A DNA stretch of 60,585 nt from Mizuhopecten yessoensis (lineage: Eukaryota): assembly GCF_002113885.1 (NCBI RefSeq), contig NW_018406035.1:495823-556407 (forward strand). The letters run 5' to 3'. Shown here piece after piece: positions 25,155 to 37,556 of the stretch (the stretch's first letter is position 1; the number at the start of each line of letters is the position of its first letter). A model generated the notes under the pieces. The model saw only the letters and a program-made list of their open reading frames with translations. It ran no database searches and was not told the origin of the DNA. The translations under genes were made by a program, and so were the position numbers.

Positions 25155-26407
25155 TACTGCCGTCACACCGGACTGGCGTCCTTACCGCGTCCTAAACTGT
25201 CATATTTTGGAGAACGCCGATGGTCGCATTGAGAACGCCAATGATTTTTCTAAAATAAATCCAGATTTCGAGTCAGCCGTCACACCGGAGTTCTGTGCTC
25301 TGCGATCTGTGTATGTACACGGCGTTCCCAACACGACCTTACCGCGTTCTTACTGCGTCCTTGGAGTTTCTATTGAGTTTACATGGCGTCAATGCGGCGT
25401 CCATACGGCGATCAGCGGCGACCCCACTGCGACCCCACTGCGTTCTTAGCGTTTCTACCACGACCTTACCGCGTGCATGGCGTTCCCACGGCGACTGCAG
25501 GGCGACCCAACGGCGTCCTCGCTGCGAGTATAAAACTCCACTGTTCTTTCGGAAAGCTTCATTCATTATTTTACTCTCATCCGTTGAGGTCACGCATTTT
25601 AACGTGTACGCATTTTAAACTTATACGCAACGTTATGCCGAAAACCAGGGGCCGTGGGCGTGGGCGAGGTATAGCAGCCAGGACAGCCTCAATATCTCCA
25701 GCACCAGCGTCGTCTCCTGAAAGGGACTCCAGCGTCGATGTAGCGGAATCATGATGGTGAGTACGAGAAATACACTGATAAAGATAGGATGGAATATTGG
25801 GTTTTATAGCTCTTCGAGGGCGAACAGTAGGAACGCGCTAGGAACGTAGTGCAAACTCCAGAGAAACGCAATAGTCGTAGTAGGCACACCGTAGAAACGC
25901 CATTAACGCCGAAGGGACGCATTGAGAACGTTGTAAGGTTGCGGACAATAGCTCATATCCCGAAATATCCGCCCTGACATCGCGGTAAGGACGCCATAGA
26001 CGTGATGGGGTCGTGGTAAGAACCCCATAGACGTGGTAAGGACGCAGTAAGGTCGCCATTGGTTCCCCCGATCCTTTTCTCCGCGTTTACATGGCGACTC
26101 TACTACGTCTGTACTACGTTCCTTTGGCGTTGTTCGGGTTCCTACTGCGATGCTACGGCGACCATGGCGACCTCAGGGCGATCCCACGGCGTCCTGAGCC
26201 AGGACGCGCTCAGGACGCCGAACCTCGGCGTTTACTTTGAACATGTCCAAAGTAAACGCCGTCGCTCTGCGACCTTCGGCGTCCTTGGGGTCCCCACGGC
26301 GTCTTGATGCGTTCTCACCACGACCCTACGGCGTCCATGGCGTCCCTTCCACGCCCTGGGTCGCCGTAGGGACGCCGTAGAGACGCCAGTCCGGTGTGAC
26401 GGCTGTA
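25155..26407. mobile_element. Non-autonomous GC-rich TIR DNA transposon (~1.25 kb), superfamily uncertain
   Basis: Terminal inverted repeats aatac(t/a)gccgtcacaccggactggcgtc at both ends, TA at each boundary; reiterated internal motifs acgaccttaccgcgt / cccacggcg in both orientations; no transposase ORF. Confidence 0.85.
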
Positions 26408-26799
26408 TTAGTCAGTATACAATCTAAGAATGGATAGAAACTGTATTACCTTAATATATACGAAGAAAGACAGAATCTATCGAAAATCTTGATCGTGGAT
26501 GCAGAAAGCCAAACCAAGTAAGCATCTTTAACACCATATAAGGAGTGGATTGTTTCGTGTAGGGATATAACAAACTTGCAACATTGTACCCAAAACCGGC
26601 ACTTTCTAGTTAAATATTGACGGATTTACACAATGTACAATAGCATCAATTCTAAAAAATGTTTGACATTTTTTCATGAAGAGATATCATCCACTTTTTT
26701 TTTCTATTACAAGCTGATATTTACGGCGCGTGGTTACATCAATGGAACGCAACATACTATTAGGGTCACGCATGTTTTCGAACAGGTAACACATCATAT

Positions 26800-26940
26800 C
26801 CGCGCTATCACAAGTAGACAAGTACTCCAACAAACCCAGTCTCCTGCATACACACACGCATACACAACACACATGGAAGCACGTCCTTAACCGACATTAG
26901 CTGTAAATAGGACGTTAAACAAAACTTAACCAAACCGAAC
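26800..26940 (+). mobile_element. 5'-truncated SINE (3' body and tail only)
   Basis: ccgcgctatcacaag...cgtccttaaccgacattagctgtaaataggacgttaaacaaaac matches the 3' end of the 10916 family. Confidence 0.8.
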
Positions 26941-29900
26941 AGGTAAAAATGTGCCCGGAAATGGACATTTTGTCATTTTGGCTAATATTGTGGGATAAAC
27001 GATCAATATAAGCATAAAATTACGCAGAGTTAGATATAATGGACTCAAAGGGGATTCTGATTGAAAATTCTTCACAAAACAAGCATTCGTTTGTAAAAAA
27101 AAAATGTTTCTGAAAATGATATCCAAAAATATAGTTTGAAATCGCAATTTAATTAAATTACGATTTCAAAATTATTTCTATCCTGGAACCGTCCATATCG
27201 CCATAACAAACAGCCAATGAAGCCAACATACAGTTTAATTTACATACAAGTATCATGATGAGAAAACTGATTACGAATTGAAATACATCTTTGAATTGCA
27301 TGTCTCTTTCCTGGTCTAATATCCCACAGGTGTCCCGTTTTGGATACTCAACAGTTTTGGGTACATCGACATTATTTATCAGTCTGAATAAAATTAGGAA
27401 TGTTTCTCAGTGTATTGCCTTGACAATGTTTCACATTTACATCCGTATATCCTACATGCTTCTCCGCTTCAAAGGATTCTGTAGGTTTACAAGTCCATCT
27501 TTGCATAATCGACATAATTTAAAATAGTCTTTTCCAATGTATTGTTAACCTAAGGTTCGATGAGATGGTGCGTCATGTGTTTATATGACCTTAGTTTATA
27601 CGAGCACAAAATAGTACACAAGGAATGTGATAATCAATGTCTTATTAAAACCATAGGCAGAGTGTGATTCGAATACTATATACCTCAATACCAAGGTAAT
27701 ATACCGCGCGCTGCTGCATAACAAGGCGTCACCCAACTATCCGAATACCTTGTGTATTATAGTAACGCAGATATGTTCTAAATGTAAAGTAGGTCAAACA
27801 TCAAAACGTGGGCACGACTGACCTAGATTTGGTGAATGACTGTTTATTTAGGACTAAGGTCATATGACGACAGTGTCTAAAGACCAGAGAACACGAAAGG
27901 GCATTTATAAAGTGCTATGGCACAATAGAATGTCATCCCTTACTTTTAACTTGTTATAAGTAGGAACTAACAAGAATTGATAAAATAAATATATTTTGAA
28001 AAACGAATAAACAGTTAGAACAAAACAAGAGATGCCCAAAAGTGCACACTAATAGTTAAACTGTTTTAAACCGTATGTTCTTGTTGATGACGGATTTTAT
28101 GTGGAACGGATGAGTTTCATATAGTTGATAATTTCGGCCTGAACATTTAATGCAGGGGAAGCAACCGCCACATATATACAATATGACCAACAATTTAAAA
28201 TCTGTATATACAAGTACATAGCGAATTGATAAAATATCAAAATAAAGTATTGTAAAATTATTTCTTATTATATGGTACATGTGGAACCACTCTTGATAAG
28301 CTCTTCAATAAATTCAGTATCACATTAAAAAAGGCCAGCCAGGAGATGATCACGATTATTATTTATGAAAATAGTAGCTATCAACTGAAACAATTGCCAC
28401 TTAACCCATCAAAGATATCGTCAACCAGAAACGTCATCTTTTTCATTTAATCATCAGTACACGACACAAAAAAATCCGACCTTAGAATAGCTTCGATCTT
28501 AAACATTCCAACGCAGTTTTCCTAAAACGAATTGGCAACACTTGTTTTGATTCATTGATTTACGTTCTTGCAAAACTTCAATTGGTTGACTTTGGAGACA
28601 ACGCCAAAAAGTGAGAAAAAAGGGAAAAAAGACAATGATAGGGATACCAAGTGTTGCAGCAACAGATGCAGCAGATCGATAATTTCTTCGATGTCCCCTG
28701 AGCAGACGACAGAAGCAGACCTCCTTTTCTGTAAAGACCTTCTTTCGTCGCCCTGTACGCTCAACTGTAATCGGATATACATGTTGCAGGTTTACACTCT
28801 CAATAAACCTATTTTGGAGTAGTGTAAAAAATAAATTAGAAGGTAGAGCTGATTGTGGAGAGCAATTTTATCCCTCCTGAGTGCGCATATTTCATACATT
28901 AAGTACACGCAAAGCACATGTTTATATTTCTCCATCTCTGATTTATCAGGCGAGTCATACCCCACATTGCGTAATTCGTCTACATATGAGTGCATGAATA
29001 CGTATGTGAGATGAAACCGTTGTACCGAAGGAACATTTCAGATAGTGCCACGTCACTTGAATGTTATATCTCCAGCACTGAAGTATTTCCCTCAAATAAT
29101 TTTCGTGCTACTGTAGTCAACTGAAATTGTGTGGTGAGAGAAAATGTTTTTTTACAAATGCTTCACTACGGTGGACGGCGTAGAACTCCGGAGTGTATAA
29201 CACTTGGACATATCTACCCGCAATATAAATGGTACAAATACTACTACTTCAGTATTTTATCGATTTGGTTTTGCAGGGGTTGCAAGAAATGAATGAAATC
29301 GGAATTAATACATAACAAATAAATCTGATCTGAAATTCAAATGAGTTTTTAGTATATATAGTATTTTATTTCGTTTTGGATATAACTGCAAAAGGGTTAA
29401 GTTGTTTACGTTGACTGGGTTGCTATTTCGGTAAGGGTGACGGTGTAATTATAACAATCTGAGGTCACTGTCTAGCCACGTTAAATGCACCGTTGTTTAT
29501 ACACTTTTGTTGATTTGGTATTATATTTTGTTTCATATTTTGCTTATCAGAAATATGATCTATCAAAGCAAAGCAATGATTAATGCACATGGTGATATAG
29601 ATGATAAAAGTATATACATGTCAGTGATATGATTACCTTGTTGGCATGCAAGTCATGTAACTATTATGTTTACGTTCAACTGATTCCAACTTAAAATGGA
29701 CGTTACAACAAATGGTTTACCCGGTTTGAAAATAAAGTGACTGGCCGGGGTGTTTTGCGTTGTTGTATCGTGATAAGACTGTCCGTGTATGAAGACACTT
29801 TAAGTAGACGTATGAAGTGCAACATCATTACAGAAATGTTCAATAAAATGTCTCAAAATATCAACGTGGTTTCAGCCATTCAAGCTTCTCAAAACGCCAA

Positions 29901-32250
29901 AGACATAAAAGGAAACATATTCCCCTTCCAGAGTCCACATGTGAATGATCCCTTACTTACTGTCTTTGACACAAATAATGAATAAATGACGATTGTAGCT
30001 TAAGAAAAGTTTTGTATTCGAAAACAGACACCATACCTTAAATAAATGGTATGCTAGATATCACCTGTAAAGACACGTGAGACGTACTTTTCGTGAGCCA
30101 TTACTGTGGTTGCTGACCAGGAATATTGTATGGTAGGTAGTATGGATTTAAATGTGTAACACTCATGATTCAGATATGAAAGGACATCTTTAAATTCCCT
30201 ATCAATCATGTACTTTTCAAGTCAGCAACGTACCATATTTTCCGACATGATTCACTTGAGATGGATTTACAAAAAAGTAGTATTTTATCAGAACCTGTAT
30301 TCAGTTTTAAAATCTATGGTTGACCCACCCAAAGTCGTTATAATACGAACTCACTGCCCTTTGCTTGACGTTCAGTAACATTATGTTTTTCCTTTCATGG
30401 GTTTTAAATTTTAAAGTAAGCAATGTGAAAAGCCCTTCGCACTTTTCTATTCATTTACAACAGTCGTCATGTACGCGCATCGACAAACTACTCATGGAGT
30501 GACGCGGTCAGAACGAAGCCGCCATTGTTGACGTTACCGCCAAAGAACTATTAATGTTCATCCATGGAGTAAGAAGTTTGTCAGCATTCTTTTGTGGTAT
30601 AATTAGACATAACGGATCCCGAATGATCCAAGCAGTGGTTGTCATTGTACAGTTATCTCGCTGAAGCGGGAATGGCGCCATTTTTGCCACAAGTATCAAT
30701 CCGCCGAGCTTTTTTTTCAATGCGTATACGCAGTCAGAGTTTACTAAGCTGAAGAAGGGAGACATGTAAATATACTATTTTGATGACAAGAATTGAATGT
30801 TGAAATGTGTTTCGTTGTTTGTAATTGTATTAAGACATTGTTACGATTAATGTCAAAATGATATTTTATTTGGCTTTATCGTTGGCGTTGAAGCAATGGC
30901 TTAAGTTATTTCTAGTTAAATCTTTTAATAACATCATCCATTGTGCTAGAATTCTTTTTTCCTATTTAACGTCTAGGCATAAGATAAGTTGAATGACCAT
31001 TGGTAGGAAGTGGTCTATTTATATATATAAGAGTTATCTATTGGATATATGAATAAACCGCTATTTATCTAACAGTTGGATATTGGAGCAATTTTCATTT
31101 CAACAAATTTTATTGACAGATGTTATAGTCAAATGGATTGAATGACAGGCAAGCCTATATAAATTCTTTCCATTAGTGGCTCAAAATTTGATCATATATA
31201 CAATGTAGTTACAACAATAATGATTAATTAATTTAAGGATACTTTGAAATGAAAAATTATAAAGAGTAATACTAATTAAAGGATAAGGGGAGATAATTCC
31301 AACATGACAAACACAAAGGGGATAAACTCATCATAGGACATCACAGTAACAATACACAAACAACTCACAATCATACATCCAACACACATACAATTATTTT
31401 CTTATTAAATAAAGCATAGTCACAGTCAGTATAGCATATGTACAGTAAGAGTAAACTTTGACCAAAAGTCCATGTGCATTTATGTACACAGGTCATTGCT
31501 ACTAAATACTGGTTATGAGTAAAAAGTACAAATTTGAATAATGTGACAAAAAGGCAATATAATATTATGTTTATTATATTGAACAGAAAATAAACAAGAT
31601 ATAACAAACCTACTCAACTGTCATCTCATTTATCATTATACCTATACTTTGTTATTCCTGTAACAATTCAGATAATACATCATGGCTTTCTACGTCATAT
31701 ACAAATTAAAACGCCTAGTTTTTCCAATAAAAATCTGAATATGACTTAGCATCTGTCTGTTTATAATCAGATCACATGTAGGACAACCTTGAAAAAATAT
31801 ATTTAAATCCATATGGTTATGATTACTAATATTATTCAAAGAAGTAAACAAAGTATTTCGTTGTTCGATATACAGTGGACAATTGAAGAAATAATGAAAG
31901 GCTGTTTCGTATTCAAAAGAACAAGCACAAGTTGGACTATCTATTAAATGGTCACGATATAAATCAGAATTTAAATTACTACAGGAATTTCTTAATTGGC
32001 AAAGAATACTATTTACCCTTCTTTCACCGTCGTTTTTAAAAATTGAAGTTACTTCTCTGTCATTAACTTTATCTTTATTTTGGAATTTTTTAAACAGAGC
32101 AAGAGATCGAGAGTTCAACATATCAGTATTCATAGTGTTGACATTGCGACACATAAAGGGGAAAAACTGTCAAAATAGTTATTAATTCTACACATAGATG
32201 GGTTAAAGAGTCTGGTTTGTCTAAGAGAGTAGGGATTGCTATTATGATTG

Positions 32251-33018
32251 TTAGTAAAAGGATTTGTGACATTTTGCAAGTATTGAGGGGAGAGTCTTAT
32301 ACATCATTATTTGTTTGTGTTTATACCTTCTTGCAGACAGTGTTTCCCAACCAAGTTCATTATAGAGTTTATTGTGTGATGTCCCTGAACGAAGACCAGT
32401 TATAATCCTAGCTGCTTCTAGTTGTACAGATTCAAGTAATTCAATAGATTGTAAGGTGCAGTTATCCCATAAAATGTCTACATACTCCAAAATTGGTCTA
32501 ATAAATGCAATATATATTTTAATTAATGATTTACGACCTACCTTAGATTTGATATAACGAAGAATATTTAATCTGTTGTATGCTTTTTCATATATAATCT
32601 GTTTGTGCGGTTTCCATGATGCATCGTCTGTAAAAGTTAGTCCTAAATGTTTATGTGTTATTGAATCAGTGATTTGATTGTTTTGAAATGATATTGGGGG
32701 TTGTACGTGGTTATGTTTTCTGGAAAATACAACTGACTTTGTTTTATTTGTGTTAAAATTTATATCACATATATATGCCCACTCACTAATGTTTACAAGG
32801 TCATTCGAGAGATCCTGGGCTGCCTGAACTGGATTTTTGTCTATGATCACAAACAGAGAAGTGTCATCTGCAAAAAGTTTAATATTAGTAGAAACATTGT
32901 CAGTAATACCATAAGTATAAAGAAGAAACAGGAGTGGTCCCAGAATAGATCCCTGAGGTACCCCTGCATTTATAGTCCTAAACTGAGAGTGATATCTTTC
33001 AGTGCTAACTCTTAGCAT
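32251..33018 (-). pseudogene. LINE reverse transcriptase fragment
   Basis: PQGSILGP and FADD motifs in the 255 aa ORF; flanking frames broken. Confidence 0.92.
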
Positions 33019-33635
33019 TCTGTCTGTTAAATAATTTTCAAACCAGATGCCCTAAATTTATGAATTAGACCTTTATGCCAAACCCTATCAAATGTTTTGC
33101 TTATATCACAGAAAATAAATCTAAGTTCCTTACCCTGGTCCATATTACTAACAATTTCATTATAATAAACAAGCGTTGATCAACTGTTGAATCACCAGGT
33201 GTAAATCCTGATTGGTGCTTCGTGATTATAGAATTCTCCAACAGGTAGTTATAAAGATATCTAAACACTTTTTTTCCGTTATTTTACTAAAGCATAAAGT
33301 TACTGAATAGGTCTGTAGTTGAAAACATCATTAGATGATCCATTACCCTTATAAACTGCATTTATATTTGCTTGTTTCCAGTTATTGGGAATCACTCCTG
33401 TTTCTAGTGTTTTATTAAATAAGATCATGAGGGGTAATTTAAGAGAGGAATTCAATCTTTTAATAATTTTGGGAACAATTCCATCAGGTCCAGGGAGCTT
33501 ATTTATATTAAGAATATTAATTTGGTCAGCAACATCTTGTTCACTAATATTAATATAAGATAGTGAATAAGGAATTGCTGGTTGTGCTGTCTGAGGTAGT
33601 TGGAGGTCAGGTGAGTATTGAGGACCTCAGCTTTA

Positions 33636-34580
33636 TCAATAGGATGGTTTATTGGTGAAGTTAGAGATAGATTTAGCAATTTTCCACCATTCATCTGGGG
33701 GAATCTTATTGTTATTTAAAGAGTTTTTTAGGGTTTTGATATATGTAGACTTAGCTTCACGGATCAGGTCAATGGCTTCATTCCTGAGAATACGAAATAT
33801 GTTCCAAAAGTGAGGACTGTTTGTTAATTTGGCCTTTCTGTGAATTCTATTGCGTTGTATCATCTTTGATCTTATGTTGTTGTTCATCCATGGTTTATCA
33901 TTAGGACCTACTGTTATTACTTTAACAGGAATGAAGTCATTTACCTGACCCATGATTAAATCAGTTATGGTACTGTTAAATGTATTAGAATCCTGGTTTG
34001 ATGATAGATTTACCCAGTCAACATCAAGAAGAGTGTTATTCATACTTTCAAAATCACCTTCTTCATATTTTAAAATATTTTTCTTATAACTTGCTTGTTT
34101 GAATACACTAAATAAAATGGATGCATGCACAGAAGAATGATCACTACAGAAGGGTGGCGATGTATAAATATTTCTTATTATGTTTCGGTTGTTTGTAAAG
34201 ATAACATCAATGGAAGTGGCACTCTCCTGAGTTATACGTGTAGGTTCATTAATAAGGCTATATAAATTATGCTTAGTAAGGAGTCTTGAAAGGTGATGAT
34301 TAAGTAGAAGGGTTAACATATCGATATTAACGCACCGGTGAGTACCACATCCATTGTAGTAACAGTAGCTCTGGTCAAAGTATCATCTAGTTTGTTCCAG
34401 TAATCAACATTACTATCAGGTCTGTATATGCATCCTAGTAAAAGTTTGTGATTATCAATTATTACTTCTAACCAGATCAATTCAATATCATCCCTTTCCA
34501 ATCAATTCGTCTATTAATCATGATAGTATTTTTATAAAAAACAATAATCCCCCCGCCTGGACCTGTAGTTCTATCTTTTC
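33636..34580 (-). pseudogene. LINE apurinic-like endonuclease C-terminal part and linker
   Basis: RKDRTTGPGGG, GCIYRP, EPTRITQESATSIDVIFTN, SDH, KPW motifs across frameshifts. Confidence 0.88.
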
Positions 34581-34620
34581 TGTGAGGAGAGGAAGTAAAA
34601 GGGGCACGACGATTTACCGC

Positions 34621-35745
34621 AAAACACCCAAAACTACCCCAAAACACCCAAAACTACCCCAAAACACCCAAAACTACCCCAAAACACCCAAAACTACCCC
34701 AAAACACCCACAACTACCCCAAAACACCCAAAACTACCCCAAAACACCCAAAACTACCCCAAAATACCCACAACTACCCCAAAATACCCACAACTACCCA
34801 AAAACACCCCCAAAACACCCAAAACTACCCCAAAACACCCAAAACTACCCCAAAACACCCACAACTACCCCAAAACACCCACAACTACCCCAAAACACCC
34901 ACAACTACCCCAAAACACCCACAACTACCCCAAAACACCCACAACTACCCCAAAACACCCACAACTACCCCAAAACACCCAAAACTACCCAAAAACACCC
35001 ACAACTACCCCAAAACACCCACAACTACCCCAAAACACCCACAACTACCCCAAAACACCCACAACTACCCCAAAACACCCACAACTACCCCAAAACACCC
35101 ACAACTACCCCAAAACACCCACAACTACCCCAAAACACCCACAACTACCCCAAAACACCCACAACTACCCCAAAACACCCACAACTACCCCAAAACACCC
35201 ACAACTACCCCAAAACACCCACAACTACCCCAAAACACCCACAACTACCCCAAAACACCCACAACTACCCCAAAACACCCACAACTACCCCAAAACACCC
35301 ACAACTACCCCAAAACACCCACAACTACCCCAAAACACCCACAACTACCCCAAAACACCCACAACTACCCCAAAACACCCACAACTACCCCAAAACACCC
35401 ACAACTACCCCAAAACACCCACAACTACCCCAAAACACCCACAACTACCCCAAAACACCCACAACTACCCCAAAACACCCACAACTACCCCAAAACACCC
35501 AAAACTACCCCAAAACACCCAAAACTACCCCAAAACACCCAAAACTACCCCAAAATACCCACAACTACCCAAAAACACCCACAACTACCCAAAAACACCC
35601 ACAACTACCCCAAAACACCCACAACTACCCCAAAACACCCAAAACTACCCCAAAACACCCAAAACTACCCCAAAACACCCAAAACTACCCCAAAACACCC
35701 CCAAAACACAACAAAACTAACCAAAAACACCCAAAACTACCCAAA
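34621..35745. repeat. 20 bp C-rich/G-rich minisatellite, ~55 copies, inside an insertion in the LINE
   Basis: Unit ccccaaaacacccacaacta, highly homogeneous centre. Confidence 0.96.
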
Positions 35746-36589
35746 TGCACCTTCAAATCTAATTTATTGAAAATAAAAACCTTAGACGAATGATTGAGTC
35801 TTTTCTTTAAAAAACCGGAGTTATGCTACCAGTTAAGGGAAAGTAAATCGTATATATTGGAATACCGTAAGAAATTGTCCCGACGCAATGTATTTCATTG
35901 ATTGGCTTTTATGAACACGCATGTCTAGATGCACTTGACTGGTTTAGGGATGTAGGGCTCCAATATTTGTCTTATGTAATTGTAAAAGTGTGCATGTGAA
36001 TGTCGGTGTTAGATATTAAAGGATTTAGATTGGATTCTGTTATACAAACAATATCAGAATTTTCTAGCTCTGCTTCAATAAGGGGTATTTTGTTTCTAAG
36101 AGACCTCACATTTTAATGAACTGGATTTATGTTTTGTAGTGGACCAGGATTTATTTCTATGTCACAACACCGTATCATAATTATAAGATGCGATATAACA
36201 ATGAAAGATAAGTTATCGAATCTAGAAAACAGAATAAAGTAATACAAATAAATATGACGAAAGCCATGAGGGATATCGAAATATAGTTTGATTGAATACA
36301 ATAAATATAGCCGGAGACCAACCTTTTCAAAGATAAGAATACAAACCAAATTAACCATTGTCGATGTGGAAACTATGAACAGGAAAGGATCGGTCAGTCA
36401 TCCGGCTATAAAGAAATTTCACCGTCGTGATATCTGAAATCCAGTTGAGCATGGATGAGATATTACAGTAACACAAACATAAAACAGCTATCATACACAC
36501 ACACACACACAATTTACATCAGAGAAACACATGTTGACAAGAAGAGAAATGAACAAGACTCATCAGGGTGATTGAAACGCTTCAAGCAT

Positions 36590-37250
36590 AGGCCCTCGGA
36601 TAATTTATATTATTATACCTCTACTTATTTAACAAGCTATTTCCCCTGTACCTGCATGCCAGGGAAATAGTTCGTCTGGAGGGGTGCGATAGTTTTGAAA
36701 CTATTTCCCTCGGAAAATGCGGGAAATAGAGTGACGTCGTGGGCGGGGCCTGACCGAATATTGATCAATCAGCGCAATCGAATTACGTCGGCAATGTCCG
36801 GCCAGCGGAGCTTGTACTTTCTGTACCGACCTTCACCTCGCAGTGTTGTTGACAGACGACAACAGAAATGGCGACCCCCATGTTTTCTGTGTTGGACGAG
36901 AGCGAGTTGTCGGACATATTGGAGGCAAAGGACAGTTGGAACACACACAAAAAACAGTACAGGCATCCGTTAGCGAATTTGTGCTATCCATTTTTCGTTT
37001 GCTTCTTCAGTTAACTTTTCTGTTTTATTTTGGTGCAACTCTTTGGTGCTTCCAAATTATTGTTGTCTAATAATATTTAGAATATTGTAAGGGAGTGTTT
37101 GTATTGGTATAATAAAACAGTTGAAGCATGGGTATTTCCCCCTCGTCCAGGACCATTTCCCTCGGCTTTGCCTCGGGAAATAGTCCTGGCCTCGGGGATC
37201 ATAAACTTGCTATATCCTCATACCCATACTTTAACTGTTCACTAATTAAT
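36590..37250 (+). mobile_element. Non-autonomous Crypton-like element with tyrosine-recombinase N-terminal remnant and 3' nested hairpin
   Basis: 36868: MATPMFSVLDESELSDILEAKDSWNTHK/TVQASVSEF resembles the N-terminus of DUF3504-type Crypton recombinases (from recall); hairpin aacagttgaagcatgggtat...atacccatactttaactgtt (37117-37240) enclosing ccaggaccatttccc..gggaaatagtcctgg. Confidence 0.6.
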
Positions 37251-37371
37251 ATCTATCTATACAACAACAACAAAAGAGACAAAAAAATCGTCAATATCTC
37301 ATCCTTCATGGGTAACATATATATGGCCATAAGTAAAGTATCTGTGCGTCTTTTTAGGGGGGATAGGATAG

Positions 37372-37556
37372 AAATATTGGCACGGTAAAAGTCAATACAT
37401 GTATCAATTATCCGAGTCATTGTGCTTAATAATAGATAGGTTCGCCTACATTTAATCGGACGACTCGTCCGATTAAATGTAGGCGAACCTATCTCTTGTT
37501 TAGCACAAGGACTCGGATATTTGATACATGTATTGACTTTTACCGTGCCAATATTT
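37372..37556. repeat. 185 bp near-perfect palindrome (foldback MITE-like)
   Basis: Arms aaatattggcacggtaaaagtcaatacatgtatca... / ...tgatacatgtattgacttttaccgtgccaatattt, centre at 37464 with essentially no spacer. Confidence 0.93.

Larger units (their letters stand above)
31092..36400 (-). mobile_element. Decayed non-LTR retrotransposon, CR1/L2 group (APE endonuclease + reverse transcriptase), interrupted at ~34582-35975
   Basis: APE motifs NVRSLRNK..DIVCITES, RKDR..GGG, CIYRP, EPTR..ATSIDVIFTN, SDH; RT motifs GVPQGSILGPLLFLLY, LFADD, HKHLGL; C-terminal C.C..ET..HYFF.CPLY; several frameshifts and stops; AATAAA-containing 3' end near 31110. Confidence 0.92.

Noticed and set aside
34621-35745. 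Telomeric repeat (contains TTTTGGGG)
   Set aside because: T4G4 is only part of a 20 bp unit and is interstitial; it is not the TTAGGG expected for this kind of animal.
34582-35793. 403 aa Pro/Thr/Lys-rich ORF resembling an adhesive or extensin protein
   Set aside because: A 20 bp unit lacking stops read through all three frames; it sits inside a LINE.
36541-36590. Hammerhead ribozyme near the LINE 5' end (minus strand CTGATGAGTC)
   Set aside because: No stem II closing into GAAA and no stem III/NUH could be built.
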